From Flectonema sp. DT1601 (Eukaryota), in NCBI GenBank assembly GCA_964019425.1, contig OZ025783.1, positions 806,001 through 870,000 on the forward strand: a stretch of 64,000 bases of DNA, written 5' to 3'. Shown in pieces: positions 1-12,600 of this stretch (the first letter of the stretch is position 1; each line of letters opens with the position of its first letter). The notes beneath the pieces were generated by a model, which was not told the DNA's origin, did no database searches, and saw only the letters and a list, made by a program, of their open reading frames with translations. A program made the position numbers and the translations under genes.

Positions 1-3000
1 AAAAATCCTGAGTTCCTAAGCAGCTCCCAGCTGACTCTCCGCATACGTTTGTATTCGGCGGAACGCTAATCCAGCTGAACTTCACATGAGCAGCAATTGA
101 ATGTCGCTTGCGGATTATGAAAATCTCTCATTTCTGTGCGCAACGGATTGCTTTGGTTTCCAATTATTACTTTTCTTATTTATTGGATCTCGTTAAACAG
201 GATTTAACGTTGATCTTGTCTTTAATACCTTTCACTTATTATTATTATATTGTTGTCCAGGTGAATGCAGTTTCGGCTCTCTGGACAGCTCGTTTTTCCC
301 TTTGTTGCTTTGTGTTTCGGGTTCAGAGTTTTCTTGTTGAACATCGTTACCCGATAACATTATTTTATTGAACTATTATTTTATTTTTTATTTTAGAAAA
401 TATATCTTGCATTGGTGACTAATATTTTTTTTTTTATTTGCATTCAGTGAATGGATTACACCAAACCCTTTTGTGTAAAAAAAAAAAGGTAATCCTTACC
501 CGTTGTACTGCGGTTATTTTGGGTTCTTATTTCATTGCCCCTATCCTGAAGCTTTTTCAGGTCTTTCTGGATTATTTTTGACATCTCTTGCTATTCACTT
601 AAAAAAAAAAAAAAAACAACCATTCAGATTAACCTTTTATTTCGTTTAGAACACAGACAGAATCCTGTCGCACGGGGAAATAAATCATGACCATATAAAT
701 ATCGGCTTTCAATCTGAAAAGTTTATTCTCCCACTACGTCGGTACAAAAAAAAAAAAAAAAAAAAAAAAACGGCATATTTCCCACTAGAAGATAGTTGGG
801 TTTTATCAAAGAGATAGGTTCTCGCATTTTTCTATCAAGTTGTGCGAAGACTTCATGATAAATAAATAGTATGAGTATTTGTTTGTTGTGCTCAACAACT
901 AAAAAATGTTTCCCAAGAGGTCTCTTCAAATATGATTGTGTTGAATACACAACGAATATGAACAAATAAAGTCTTAGTTAGAAGTCTGGTGATCTGAATC
1001 CTGTGTTTTTGTAGTTGATGTTTATATTTAATCCGCCTGCTCGCTGTGGGATAAAAAGAAAGAAAAAAAATTACAACTATTTAGAATAACGGCCTAAAAA
1101 TAAGTTTCTTTTCATCTAAGTGTGGTCCCAGGGAGTTTTGACACCGAATTGGCACCAAATATCGAAAAAAAACAAAACAAAAAAAAAATTTGTTACGGAA
1201 CTGACGGTGAAAATCTTATTTTTTTTGGGTCGGTGTTCTGAAGAACGTGTAATATAATTTTCCGCTTTTACTCTCTGACGCCACGGTTATCTTCGCACGT
1301 TTGCTTTGCGCTATCCCTGACTGGTTTTCAAAAGCAATCATACTGAAAGTTATTTTTCATCTATCTTCTCTCCCATTTTTGCTAAAGAGATTCTTACTTA
1401 TCTCACGCTATCCCATAACCGATTTCACGATTTCCAGAATATTAAAAAACAAGCTACCTTACCCTGGGTTGGTCGTTTGTTGCGAAAAGCGGCACTGTCC
1501 GTTTATATACCTGCTACGTTTCAAAAGAAATATTTTTTATTTTTGCTACTAAAGGTTCCACTGCTATGTTAGTTAAACAGAAATAGCTGCTGTTAATTAT
1601 CTGTCTACTGAATGTAGAAATCATTCTTTTTCGCTATTATTTCTTTTTTTTACATAGGAATTCCTATTGCGTAGTTTGGTTAAACTAAAAAGAGAAGAAC
1701 GAGACGGGAGGGAGAGGGGGAAAAAAAAGAATAAAAAAAAATCGTATTTCAACCAGCTGTTTAGTGTTGGATTACTGTTGCTTGAACGCCCAATTTCTTT
1801 AATGGTGGATAACCAGCCTAAAGTGCAGGCTCTTCCAGCTTATTGACCCCCACTAATTTTAGTTGTTTTCTTTGGTTTTTACAGCCGCTCACAGTTCTTT
1901 GTTTGCTTATTTATTTTGCTCTTTTTTTTTTTTTTTTTTTTTTCCCCCGCCTCTCGTTTTTTTTTTTTTTTTTTTTGACACTTCTTGTGACCCCACTATT
2001 TTTTTTCAGACTAGAATTGAAAAACTGTGCAGACAAACTTCGGCATCGAGACGTCTCATTTTATTTAGGAAAAAAAAAAAAAAAAAAAAACGAAATTTAA
2101 TTTTTAAAAAAAAAAAACGAAAAAAACGAAAAAAACGAGAGAATAAAAACCTCTGGTACTAAATAGTAAAATATTTCTTTTTAACTAATAAAAAATTGTA
2201 GGTAGTAGAGACTTGCTTGAGAAATTTTGGTTCTCCTCTGCTGGATAATACGGTATCAATATATCTCCTAGCAAAGAGTTTCAATTTTTTTCACAATTAC
2301 CCACTTGTGATTATTATCATTCAATACTGCTAATTAACTTTCTTTTTAGGTCTTTGGGCCACAAACTGATAACTACCCGGATGATTAGCCATACGATGTA
2401 CACCTCATAGCTAATTTAAAAAAAAAAAAAAAAAAAAAATCGAACACCCGCTTCGTTTCACACCGACTGTATCTTCTCAGATCCCTTATTTTTATGGGCT
2501 AATGCTTTTTCGTCATGCAACGTAGGATGCGGAAAAGGAGAAAAAAAAAAAAGTCTTGTTTTAAATATTTAAACAAGACTTTTTTCCGAAATTAGGAAAT
2601 GTAAAAAAAAAGAAAACACAACAAAAGCTCATCTCTGTTATTGATTAGAATTCAGGATGATTATTCCCTTGCAAACACGACAAAATGACAAAATTAATTG
2701 CGCCATGATCGATGCTGCGACATTGTTGTACAGGCCTGCCTTACATGTAAGGTTTTTGTTCGGTTCAGGGGTGTTGTATTTCTTTTTTGTGCCCCCTTTA
2801 CGTATCGTATAAATCCCTCCTTTAACTTCTCTAGTCGTTTGTGAAGTTGGACTGTGCGGAGGTCTGTCAGATTTGATTTTTATCTATCCTCGTGCCTGGT
2901 CTTGAATTCTTCTCCAGGTAATCGAGTGCAATAAAGTATATCGGGATGTATTTACTGGTAGGCTTTCGTACCATCTTCTTGAAACCCAAATCTATTAATT

Positions 3001-6000
3001 GGGCTTCCATGCGACAATATTATTGTTTATCACAGCTTGCAGTGAGCCTTCTCATGTTCTGTAACTTTGATCTCCTTTGAATGCAATTCTGGGTAGCTCT
3101 TTTCAACTGCTCAACAACATCGTGAGTGTTGTTATTGCTTGAATTCATATGCTATTCTTATTTTTTGTTTGACGTTATTTTTTTATTTCATTGTGCTGTC
3201 TTTGGTGTTGTACGAGTCCCTGACCACGGCCAAGCAACGTTCGCCTTAGTTCAGTGCAGTCAACCAATTCTTTTTTTTTGTTGTGATTCTCTCTCGAGTT
3301 GGTGATTGATTCCTGCAGCTTGCGTAAACTATTGTTGAAAGCTTTTTTTTTTTTTTTTTTTTTTTTGGAGAAAACTGCTTTCACGTCTCTTGCTTTCGTT
3401 CTCCTAGGCTTGTGGCATCCCTTCTGCAAAAGGGGTGCTCCGAGTCTCTCGTGTCAACAGTAATAGTTATTCCACCCCCCCCCCCCCCCCCCCCCCCCCC
3501 GTTTATTGCAAGCAATAACATATGTTTTTATTAACGAATTATTTATGTTTTGACAAATAATTAATAGGTGAAACCTACACTCACGATTATTAGGTAACTG
3601 TACAACTCGATTCCGTACTGCACTGAATGACAACACGGAGAAAGAGACATGTATGGAGATGACTTGCAGAGTGTTTACCTATATTAAAGTTATCTTTAGT
3701 CAACTGTCTCATAAATTACTAATTGTTTATATTAGTTAACTTTGATACAATACATATGTTTATATCATTATAAGTATGCTCAAACAGTTAACCCCCCCCT
3801 CCCAATCTTTTTTGAAAATGAGGAAATGAAGAGAGAAAAAAAGAAGAAATGACTCACATGCCCAAGTGAAGTTGTTGTATTTTTTCGCTCTGTATTGTAA
3901 AAATGGTTCGAATTCAAAAAGCTGCAGACTGGTTTGTTTTTGGTTAAATTGCTCCATTTTTTGTTTCGTCAGTAACTTTTGCTGTTCGATTCCGTAATCA
4001 TATGCTTATTAGCTAGGCTGTGCAGTTTGCTAACAACAAGTTCGTTCCTTCTTATTTATGTTTGCTTATTTCTGCCAGCTCAGCTACTTCCCTGAACTGC
4101 CCGATTCATGCAACATCATATCGCGACTCTTTATAGGCCAACCAATTGTTTTTTCTGTTATATCGAACAATACCACTGTAGACTCTCACAAAAAGGAAAT
4201 GGTAGAGAATAAACTTCGCGTCGTTCGAACGTTGTTCTTCTATCTCTATTTTACAAACCCACTGAGCGTCGCACGGGCTGGTAACATGTACTTCCCTGTC
4301 ATCTGAAAAAGGTGTTAATGTTCCAAACATTGCTTAACCGATCCACCAAAATATACTAACAGGCAGCAGATATCTCCTTCGTTAGATTGTATCGCGGAGG
4401 ATGCCTGTTTAACTGAACTGTTAGTGTTCCACCCTTCTGCTTTAAGCAAAAATTCATCGTTCTTTCTTAGTGGGACTACAAGTTCCCATCATGAACGACC
4501 ATGACCGGGCCATACCATTGTGCTTACCTTGAATTATTGAGGCGAGTTTTTAATTGAAAACTATTGCAACACTTTGCTATTGGTTCTTGAACTTCGATTT
4601 TCACTTTTCCTTGGTTATGGCTATTGTCAAATACCCCCACCCTGCAACAAGAAAAGAACTCATTTACCTTCCCCTCTTTTTTTTGATACTAAAATTGAAT
4701 ACTCAATTCCTACTTGTGGGTTTCGCTTCTGACGCAATCAATTGGATGCAACTACTAGCTGATGAAAGGTACAGGTCCTTCTAAGGGAAACTATGTCAAG
4801 GCTAGTCAAACCTGGGTGGATTGCTTTCCTTTTTGTTTCTTTGTTTCACTTTCCTGGTATCACTTTGTTAGTGATTAATTCTTTTGTAAGACATAACTTT
4901 AGTTGCCTTTGCAACTACCAGACAAACTTTATGCTTACGCAGTCATCATCCGGAGAGTTATAACTTGAAACTTCTCTTTGGGAACAAACGAGATTGTTTG
5001 AAGTAAGTGATGCGTAAATATCATCACGTCCGATGATGCCGTAATCCCTCAATATTGAGCATTTTTAATAGAGCATTTTAGTTCCAGGCCATGAAGCAAG
5101 AACAAGAATTATGCGACACATTTGCTTCCATTTATTCTTCTCCATCCTTGCGCATTGCGACAATGGAAATAATGCGTCTCATGTTCTACTAACGTTTTAT
5201 GAACATAGCAAAAATCTGTAAAAAATAAGAAAGAAACACTTGTGAGCAGGTGCAAAGATATTTTTCAGCTCTTTCCAAAGTCCTAGAGTTCGCAACTTTT
5301 TTTTTTTTTGAGTGTTTTATATTATGAGAGGAAATCAACCAAGTTCCTGACATTTTTTATTGGGTTAATTATTTACATCCCAAGGCGCGGTAATGCGCCA
5401 GTACGAAGCAAGTTGAAATCTGGAAACATATTTAGTTGGCTTGCGCACGTCTGAAAACAGAACGAACAAATATTTTTAGTCGTATTCTATTGCGAGGATC
5501 TGGCCCTTTTCCTTTTTTTTTTAAATATTCCTACTCTACTCTGTTTTGGCGTTGTGTTCGCTTTTTTAGAATGAAAAAAAAAAAAAAGAAATTAGGACGG
5601 ATTATCGTTCGAGAAGTTGAGGGGAAATATTTTATTCTTTTTTTTTATATTTTTTTTATTGTAATTTCTGTTTCAGTCAAGGTAGTAGCGCAAGCAACAT
5701 CAGAAGGAATAAAACGAAGAGTTTTGGGCGACCGCGGAAATCGACTGTGTCGGTAAACATATGCATCTGTCTGCGTGAATACTTCGGTTTCGATTTCCCG
5801 CGGGTTTGCTTCTCAATTTCTATTAACAACTTATGCGATAGACCTAAATATACCTGCCATAGATGCTATATGTGCTGCGGTCTGTGTTACCTGCAGCAAA
5901 CATGTGGTTAAATTATTTCTAGGCATGGTATGCAGCTTGCTTCAGCACAATGTACAAGCACCTGTCGTTGAAACCGTTCGAGTCTTGCTAAGACAAAGTT

Positions 6001-9000
6001 TGTAGGAGTCGTCTCTCCCCGGGAATGATGGAAATATCAATTAGTATTTCAATGAAAATCTGACTTCTTTCAGGAAGAAAATAGTTCAAGACCTTTGGTT
6101 GGTGGTGGACACATTGTCATACCGCAGTAACTCTTCCTTGCAGAGATTTAAAAGAAGATATAACGTGCAAATCCATTGCTTCCAAGAAGAGCTAAGTCTG
6201 CGAACACTGTTGTTCCTCGATTCCATTCTTGTGAATGTGCTTTCTCTCCCAGCAAGGCTGGTTCAAATTCTTTCACCTACCTTTCTCAGAATGGCTTTTA
6301 TAGCCACGCTCAGACTTGACAGACGATAGAATTCGACGCGTTAAATGCTGATCGGATCTCTTAAGTCTTTGCTACTGCTTTAAACAAACAAAACACCCTT
6401 TCCTACTCAAAAGCTTGTTAATATGTTTGTATTGAGTCATTGTGCTGTCTACTTTTGCTTGGAGTGTATAACTCGTTTCTGTGGAGTTCAAATCATCTTT
6501 TTTTTTTTTTTTTTTTTGATCTCTATTTTTGTTGCTATTATAAATAAATATTTTGCTTTTATAATCTTTTTTTTTTATATTAGTTATCTTCGTTAGATTG
6601 CAGTTTTTTTTTTTGCGTCAAAAGGAATAAAATTTGGCGTTCTACTTTTCGTAAGCCGTGTCAGGTGTCCTGACCATTTTCTATTGTTGTAAAAAAAAAA
6701 ATAGCTTCTGTTGGACAAGGCAGCTCATTTCTCAGAAATCGTTATTCTTTTAGTACGCATGTGTATTGTGAAATTTTTATTTATTTATTGTTTATTAGGT
6801 TTCAGGCGTGTGGTTAGCACCCTTGTTTCCTTTGTTCTTGTTAGGCAGTGGAATAAAATTGCCTACTTTTCTGATACCTTGACTACCCACCAGTCTTGAT
6901 GAAATAATGAGAGAAAACGATGTGAACTTGCAAGATGTGTTTTTTTTTTTTTTTTTTTTTTTTTTTAGTTTTAAAGGTTGATAATTTAGTTATGTAGGAG
7001 TAGCAACTTAGGCTATCAAAACCTGAAAGATATTCCATTATGATTTGGATTTGTGTGGTCTTCTTCTTCTGTTGGATAGTTATCCGCCGATGTTTTGTCA
7101 TAGAATTTCAATGGCAGAAGTTTTCACTAAAAAGAAAAGTGACAGTTTTCAATTGTTCAATCAAATTACTCCCCTTCAAAAAAAAAAATATCAAAGAACT
7201 CTTACTCCCGAGTTACGTTTTTTATTTGTTGTGTTATTATCTCTGTGGTGATAATATTATTGTGTGTGCGTAATGAAATAACTTGCCTTATGAAAAAAAA
7301 ACAAAAAAAAAAACAAAAAACCGTTGCTCTAGTTGACTACTCACCAAGTGGGGTTCACGGTTGTTTGGTGTCGAAAATAACTATTACGCCGATGTTCTCA
7401 GATCGTTTATTTTTTTTCCTCGTTTTGATTCGACTTGTGTTACATCCTAGGGATCCCTATTTGAGTTAGGTTATTGCTGGATGTGTTTGGTTCTGAAAAT
7501 ATTTTTACCTTTTGAACGCACGCATGTACGTTAGCGAGGGGAAGCCAGGCCCTCTTTTTTTTCTTTTTTTTTTCTTTTTCGTTTTGTGTATTGTGTTGGT
7601 GTGCTATCACTTCGGGTTCTAGTTGTCGTTGTCGTTATCGTTGTCGTTGTCGTTTTTTTTTTTTTTTTCCCCATTCTGTGATCAGTTTATTATTCACTTT
7701 TCCAACGAAATAGTAATTTGGAGATGAGAATAATCTTTTTTTTCATTTTTTTTTCCCACTTTTTTAATTAAAAAATATAGTCCACAATCAGCAAAAAAAA
7801 TATACCGCTTTCGTTTTTTAAAAATTATAACAAAATCTCGTGGGGGGGGGGGGGGAGAATCCCTGCTCGCGGGAAAAAAAAAAGTATTTAGTCACCCATA
7901 TTGCCATTCTCTCAGTTGCCTTTATTCAGTATTTTTGAGCCATTCATGTTTTAAGAAGCTGACTGTTGTTAAAGCTTCTGCAGCTGTCGCATTGGTTCGG
8001 ATTGGTGGATGTTCACCCGCCCTGACCCGTATTCTTCCCACATCAAGATAGTAATAGCGGTGTGAGTCGTACTCGCCTCTATTCTCGATAATAAGTGTGA
8101 TGGAATAAAGCACATCGTGATGTTAAGATTCCTCGCACCGTATAGTGGGGCAGTTTATTTGAGTCGTTTTTTTTAATTAATTTTTTTCGTTTTTCTTTTA
8201 ACAACGTTAGTGTCGTTTGTCTGGCTCAACAACTTGTCATAAAGCTATACGGAAGAGAGGAAAAACATTTCTCTTTTTGTTTTTCTATTTAGTAATCATA
8301 CCAACTTGTCGTTCATACTCTGATCCAAAAGGGATGAGAAGGAATAGATAAAGTGGAAGAAGTTTAAAAAAAAGGTACCCTCATTTATTAGTGCAGATCA
8401 TCATTCCCGCCCCTCTCCAACTGTCTCATTTTACAGTGGGGAAAAAAAAAAAAAAAAAAAAGAATTATCCCAAGTTGTTTCAGGCAATTAAAAGCTAATG
8501 CTGAATTGATTTTTACTGAATTTGTCCAGCCAATTTGAGAACTCAAAATCACACTCGCCCTAACTAGTATCAGTGTTAAATCTACCTCTCTAATATATAA
8601 TATTCATTAAGAATTTTCGTGTATTCTTGCAAAAGTAATTAGTTTTGCGAAAGCAAATTGTAAGTTTGCGAGCTTAGTTTTGATTAATAGGAACAGATAA
8701 AACAAGCACATGCTACATGACTCAAAAATGTTACAAAATGACGTAGGTATGAAAGAGATATAAAAACAATGTTACTAAAAAGTAATGTTTATTTTTTATA
8801 TTTTCTTTATATGTATCCCTCTTTTACTTCCAAAGCGGGTTTTCTCTTCTTGCGTAAGGCGCGAATATATAGGCACTGCGGTGATTGCCGTGTTATATGA
8901 TTGTAACAGCAAGATCACGCAAGCTGTCTCTTTGCGTATATCCTTTTTTAAACAAACAAACAAAGCAAGCTGTTCACTGTAGTAAAACAAATTATAGTTT

Positions 9001-9627
9001 TTTTTATTGTTGTTGTTGTTGTTTGTTTTCTACAGCTTGCAGCTTACTTCTTTTTGTCTTTTTGAGATGTATTTTTCCTTTCATTATTGCCGATTACAGA
9101 AAACAAACATAGACAGTAACGTGACATATCCAAGTCTCGAGCTTCTGTTATAGCGGTAGCTATTTTCTGTTATAATGTGATTTCTTTTTTTAAGGTTATA
9201 AAAAACAATCCTTTGTTTTAAAGGTATTGCTTACTTTTCTGAGGTAAATCTAATAACCATACTGGCTGTATTGCGTGACCTCCTTATGTCATTTTTCCCT
9301 TGTTTTTCTTTTTTCTCAGTCCTGTAATATGCCTATAGAATAACCGATTACTTGATGTAAAGATGTTATCGAGAGGGCTGTTATAGGAAACTGAATATTA
9401 TAGTATTAAAGGATGTTGACTGTATCGTCTTTATATAGATCGGGACAATTCTTCGTTAGCTCTCTCCTCATTCAATTTACTGAGACGATTGATCTCTAAA
9501 CAGGAGTTCAACAGCAAAATTTTGTTCTTTTTTTTTGTTCTATCGTTCAGTCACAGATGTTTCACATAGTCCCCCCAACCTCCCTACTTACTGGAAATAA
9601 AAATTACAGAAAAAAAACCAGACCATC

Positions 9628-9660
<33 letters not shown>

Positions 9661-12600
9661 TTGTTGTTGACATGTGAACGTCGTTCTGCCCTAGCTAACT
9701 TCGAACAAAGTCTTTTGCTACAATTCTATTAGAAAAGCCAAAGTTGAAGCCCGCTCAGGTTGATTATTTTTTTTAAATATTATTATTATTGAAAATTTTG
9801 TTATCATATCATCGAGGTCGCGCTTCCTTACGTTTTCTGAGGCTCTACTTCAGAAAAAAAAGCGTTGTGTAATCTCTTTATAGTACAAAATTTAAAACGT
9901 CAAATCTACTTTTCTTCTTTACATTCTAAGAAGATAATTATAATTTTCTTTTTTTATTTTAATAAACGAATAAATGTTATCATTCAGACATGATTACTTT
10001 TTTATCAACTAAAGTGACTGCTGATTAGCCACAAAAGAAATGGCAGTATCAACTTGTCTGTACGCGAGGCTACACGTTTAAAAGATTCGTTCGCTATTAG
10101 GCTGTGACATAGCCTCGTAATAGTCACGCTTCGTGTTTTTTTCCCCCTTTGAACATGCTTGAAAATGCAGTATCAAATTACCCCTTTAATTTTGCCGAAA
10201 CTCCTTAATATATTTTGCAAAACATCCGTCAAATGTGATTTTTCCTTCGCATTTAAGATGCTGGTAGAGTATGTTACTGAGTGCCTAACCCCTACAAATA
10301 CGACCTTTAAAAAAAAAAAAAATGCTCTATTCCTGCTTAATATTAATTTTTTTAACATCAAAATAATGTATCAATCTTTTTCATAGGCATCTCTTGCTTT
10401 AAATCTTTTTTTTAAATATTTGTTTAATTAGTTCAGTTTTTTTTTTGAGGTTCTCACGAGATTTCATCCTCTTTTTTTTTTTGTTATTAATTGAGCCAAC
10501 GACTGTTTAACTTTTTATAGAAGTTGTAGGCAATTTGCCAAATTATAGTACTTAATTAACTGCTGAGGTGCTAGGGTAATGGCAGAGAAATAATTGACCA
10601 TATGTCTTTTTTTTTCTATTGGCCACGTTTTTCCGGCTTCTTTACCCTTTTTTTTTTTTTGTTTTTTTTCTTAAAGCAGTTTTGGTGCCGAACTACTGCC
10701 ACGCCATTAATCATACAAGTGTGCGGTTGTTACGATGATCGTCATTGGTTCTTTTTTTTTTTTTTTTTTTTTTTTGCGACTTCGACTTCCCCCTTTTTTT
10801 TAGTTGTTTCTTCTTCATTTTCTTTTGTTTTTCGCAGCCCGTTTTCAGAAGCATTAAAATATTCATATTCTGTAAATTGTGTGTGAAAAAGAGAACTGTC
10901 GTAAGAACAACTTATTCTGTTTTTTTAGGACAGAAACAAGTGGCTGACAACCTCGGCCTTGTCTTGTTTTCCAATACTTCCAATTTTTGTTATTCTAGTT
11001 TCAGTTAGCTACATATCGACTTGTCCATTAGCCAACTCAAACTGGAAAAAAAAACAATAAAAAGCAAAAACATAAATTCACAACTTAAAAGTTTCTCAAG
11101 TGAGACTAAAGTAGCACACTGGTATTATCAGAACTGTTGTTACTCACAATCGTTTAGAATGTGAGTGCTATCTTGGTTGATTTAGGTGTACCTTTGTGCG
11201 AGTTCAAGGGAATTCCTTAATAAATCCGTTTTATGTGGAGAGTTTCATTTCCCGCTGTTTTTTATCGGACAGGGTAATCCCTTTTTATATTAAATTAATA
11301 CTATGATTTTTTTGTAGTCGCCTGCGACTTTGTCAACAGGATTTCGACGACCACTGCAAGTCCTATAGTTCTCCTCATTTAAACTTTTTTTTTTTTATTG
11401 TTAATTTTTTTTTTTTATACTTTCGTTAAGGTATAATATATTTTGTTTACCTCCAAAAAAGGAAATGTTACTTTACAATTAATTAATTAGTTACTTGTAT
11501 AATTTATCCTGTCATGGCTTTTTCGACAGCATAAGTCCCTATCCTTCAAACCACACAACCCTGTTAAGCAATCATTTTTCAGCCCCCACCTTTTTTTTCA
11601 GATGCAGGTCATCTGAACGCTTTCCCCCTTCCCTTAAAGGGACGTTAATAAAGCTTTTATATTGATCTGTACTACTTAGCGTTTGACAAGATTTAGCGTT
11701 TTTTAAGATGCTTCTTCCTCTTTCTCTTTCTTTTTTATTATTTCTTTTTTATCATTAGTTTGAAGTAGGCAGCCTTTGTGGGTGACGAAAAAAATAAAGT
11801 GCACGGATCTTTAATGTTAGTATGACGTGCAAAAAGCACATCCACGACCAGATACATAAAAAAAAAAATGGAAAAAAAAAACTGAAAGCTAGTAAAGATG
11901 TAGAGTCCGAAAAGGTCTTGTTGAGTAAGTGCTTCGTGGAAAGCGATATTTTTGTGTTGTTTTTATCATGTTATTGAACGGCTGTGTGACATATTCTTAA
12001 GGCGTGTTTCAGTGCTCTCTCAACCTTTCAAAAAAAAAAAAAAAAAAAATTATTATTCAGATAGACACTTGCACGCGGCATCAATTATTTTTATAACCCA
12101 TCAAAAACTGAGCGAATTCAGAAATCCAGTTACTGCCTAAAAATGTTCCAATATCCACCTCTAAGAATATCAATTTACCCCTCATTTGTGAGATCCCAGG
12201 AGAAAAAAATTATCAACCTACCCTATCGCCGTAATTCATTATTTCTTTTCTATGTTTCTTTTCTCTACGAGCCGCTGAGAAAGAGAATAATAAGTGCGAA
12301 ATACAGAATTCTTGTTATTGCAAAAAAGAAAGTTCTGTTTTTTTTGCATTTAACAAGTATTGTAAGAACGAAAAAGAATGTTGGCAGCACACGTAAACCT
12401 CCTTTAGCTTTATCAGTTTAAGTCGGTTCACGGTTTCGTGCGCAAACAAAAAATCAGTGTTATATTATTATTTTCTGTATAGTTGAAGATAAAGCTGATT
12501 CTTTTTCAGCTCTTTTTTTCTGGCATGAATTGCCCAACCTGATCACGAGAAAAAAAAAGAAAAAAAAAAAGTGTAACGGAAGCTTACACTAATACTACAA

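Noticed and set aside
1..69. Possible 3' end of an upstream CDS (KNPEFLSSSQLTLRIRLYSAER*)
   Set aside because: Too short to support without the preceding window.
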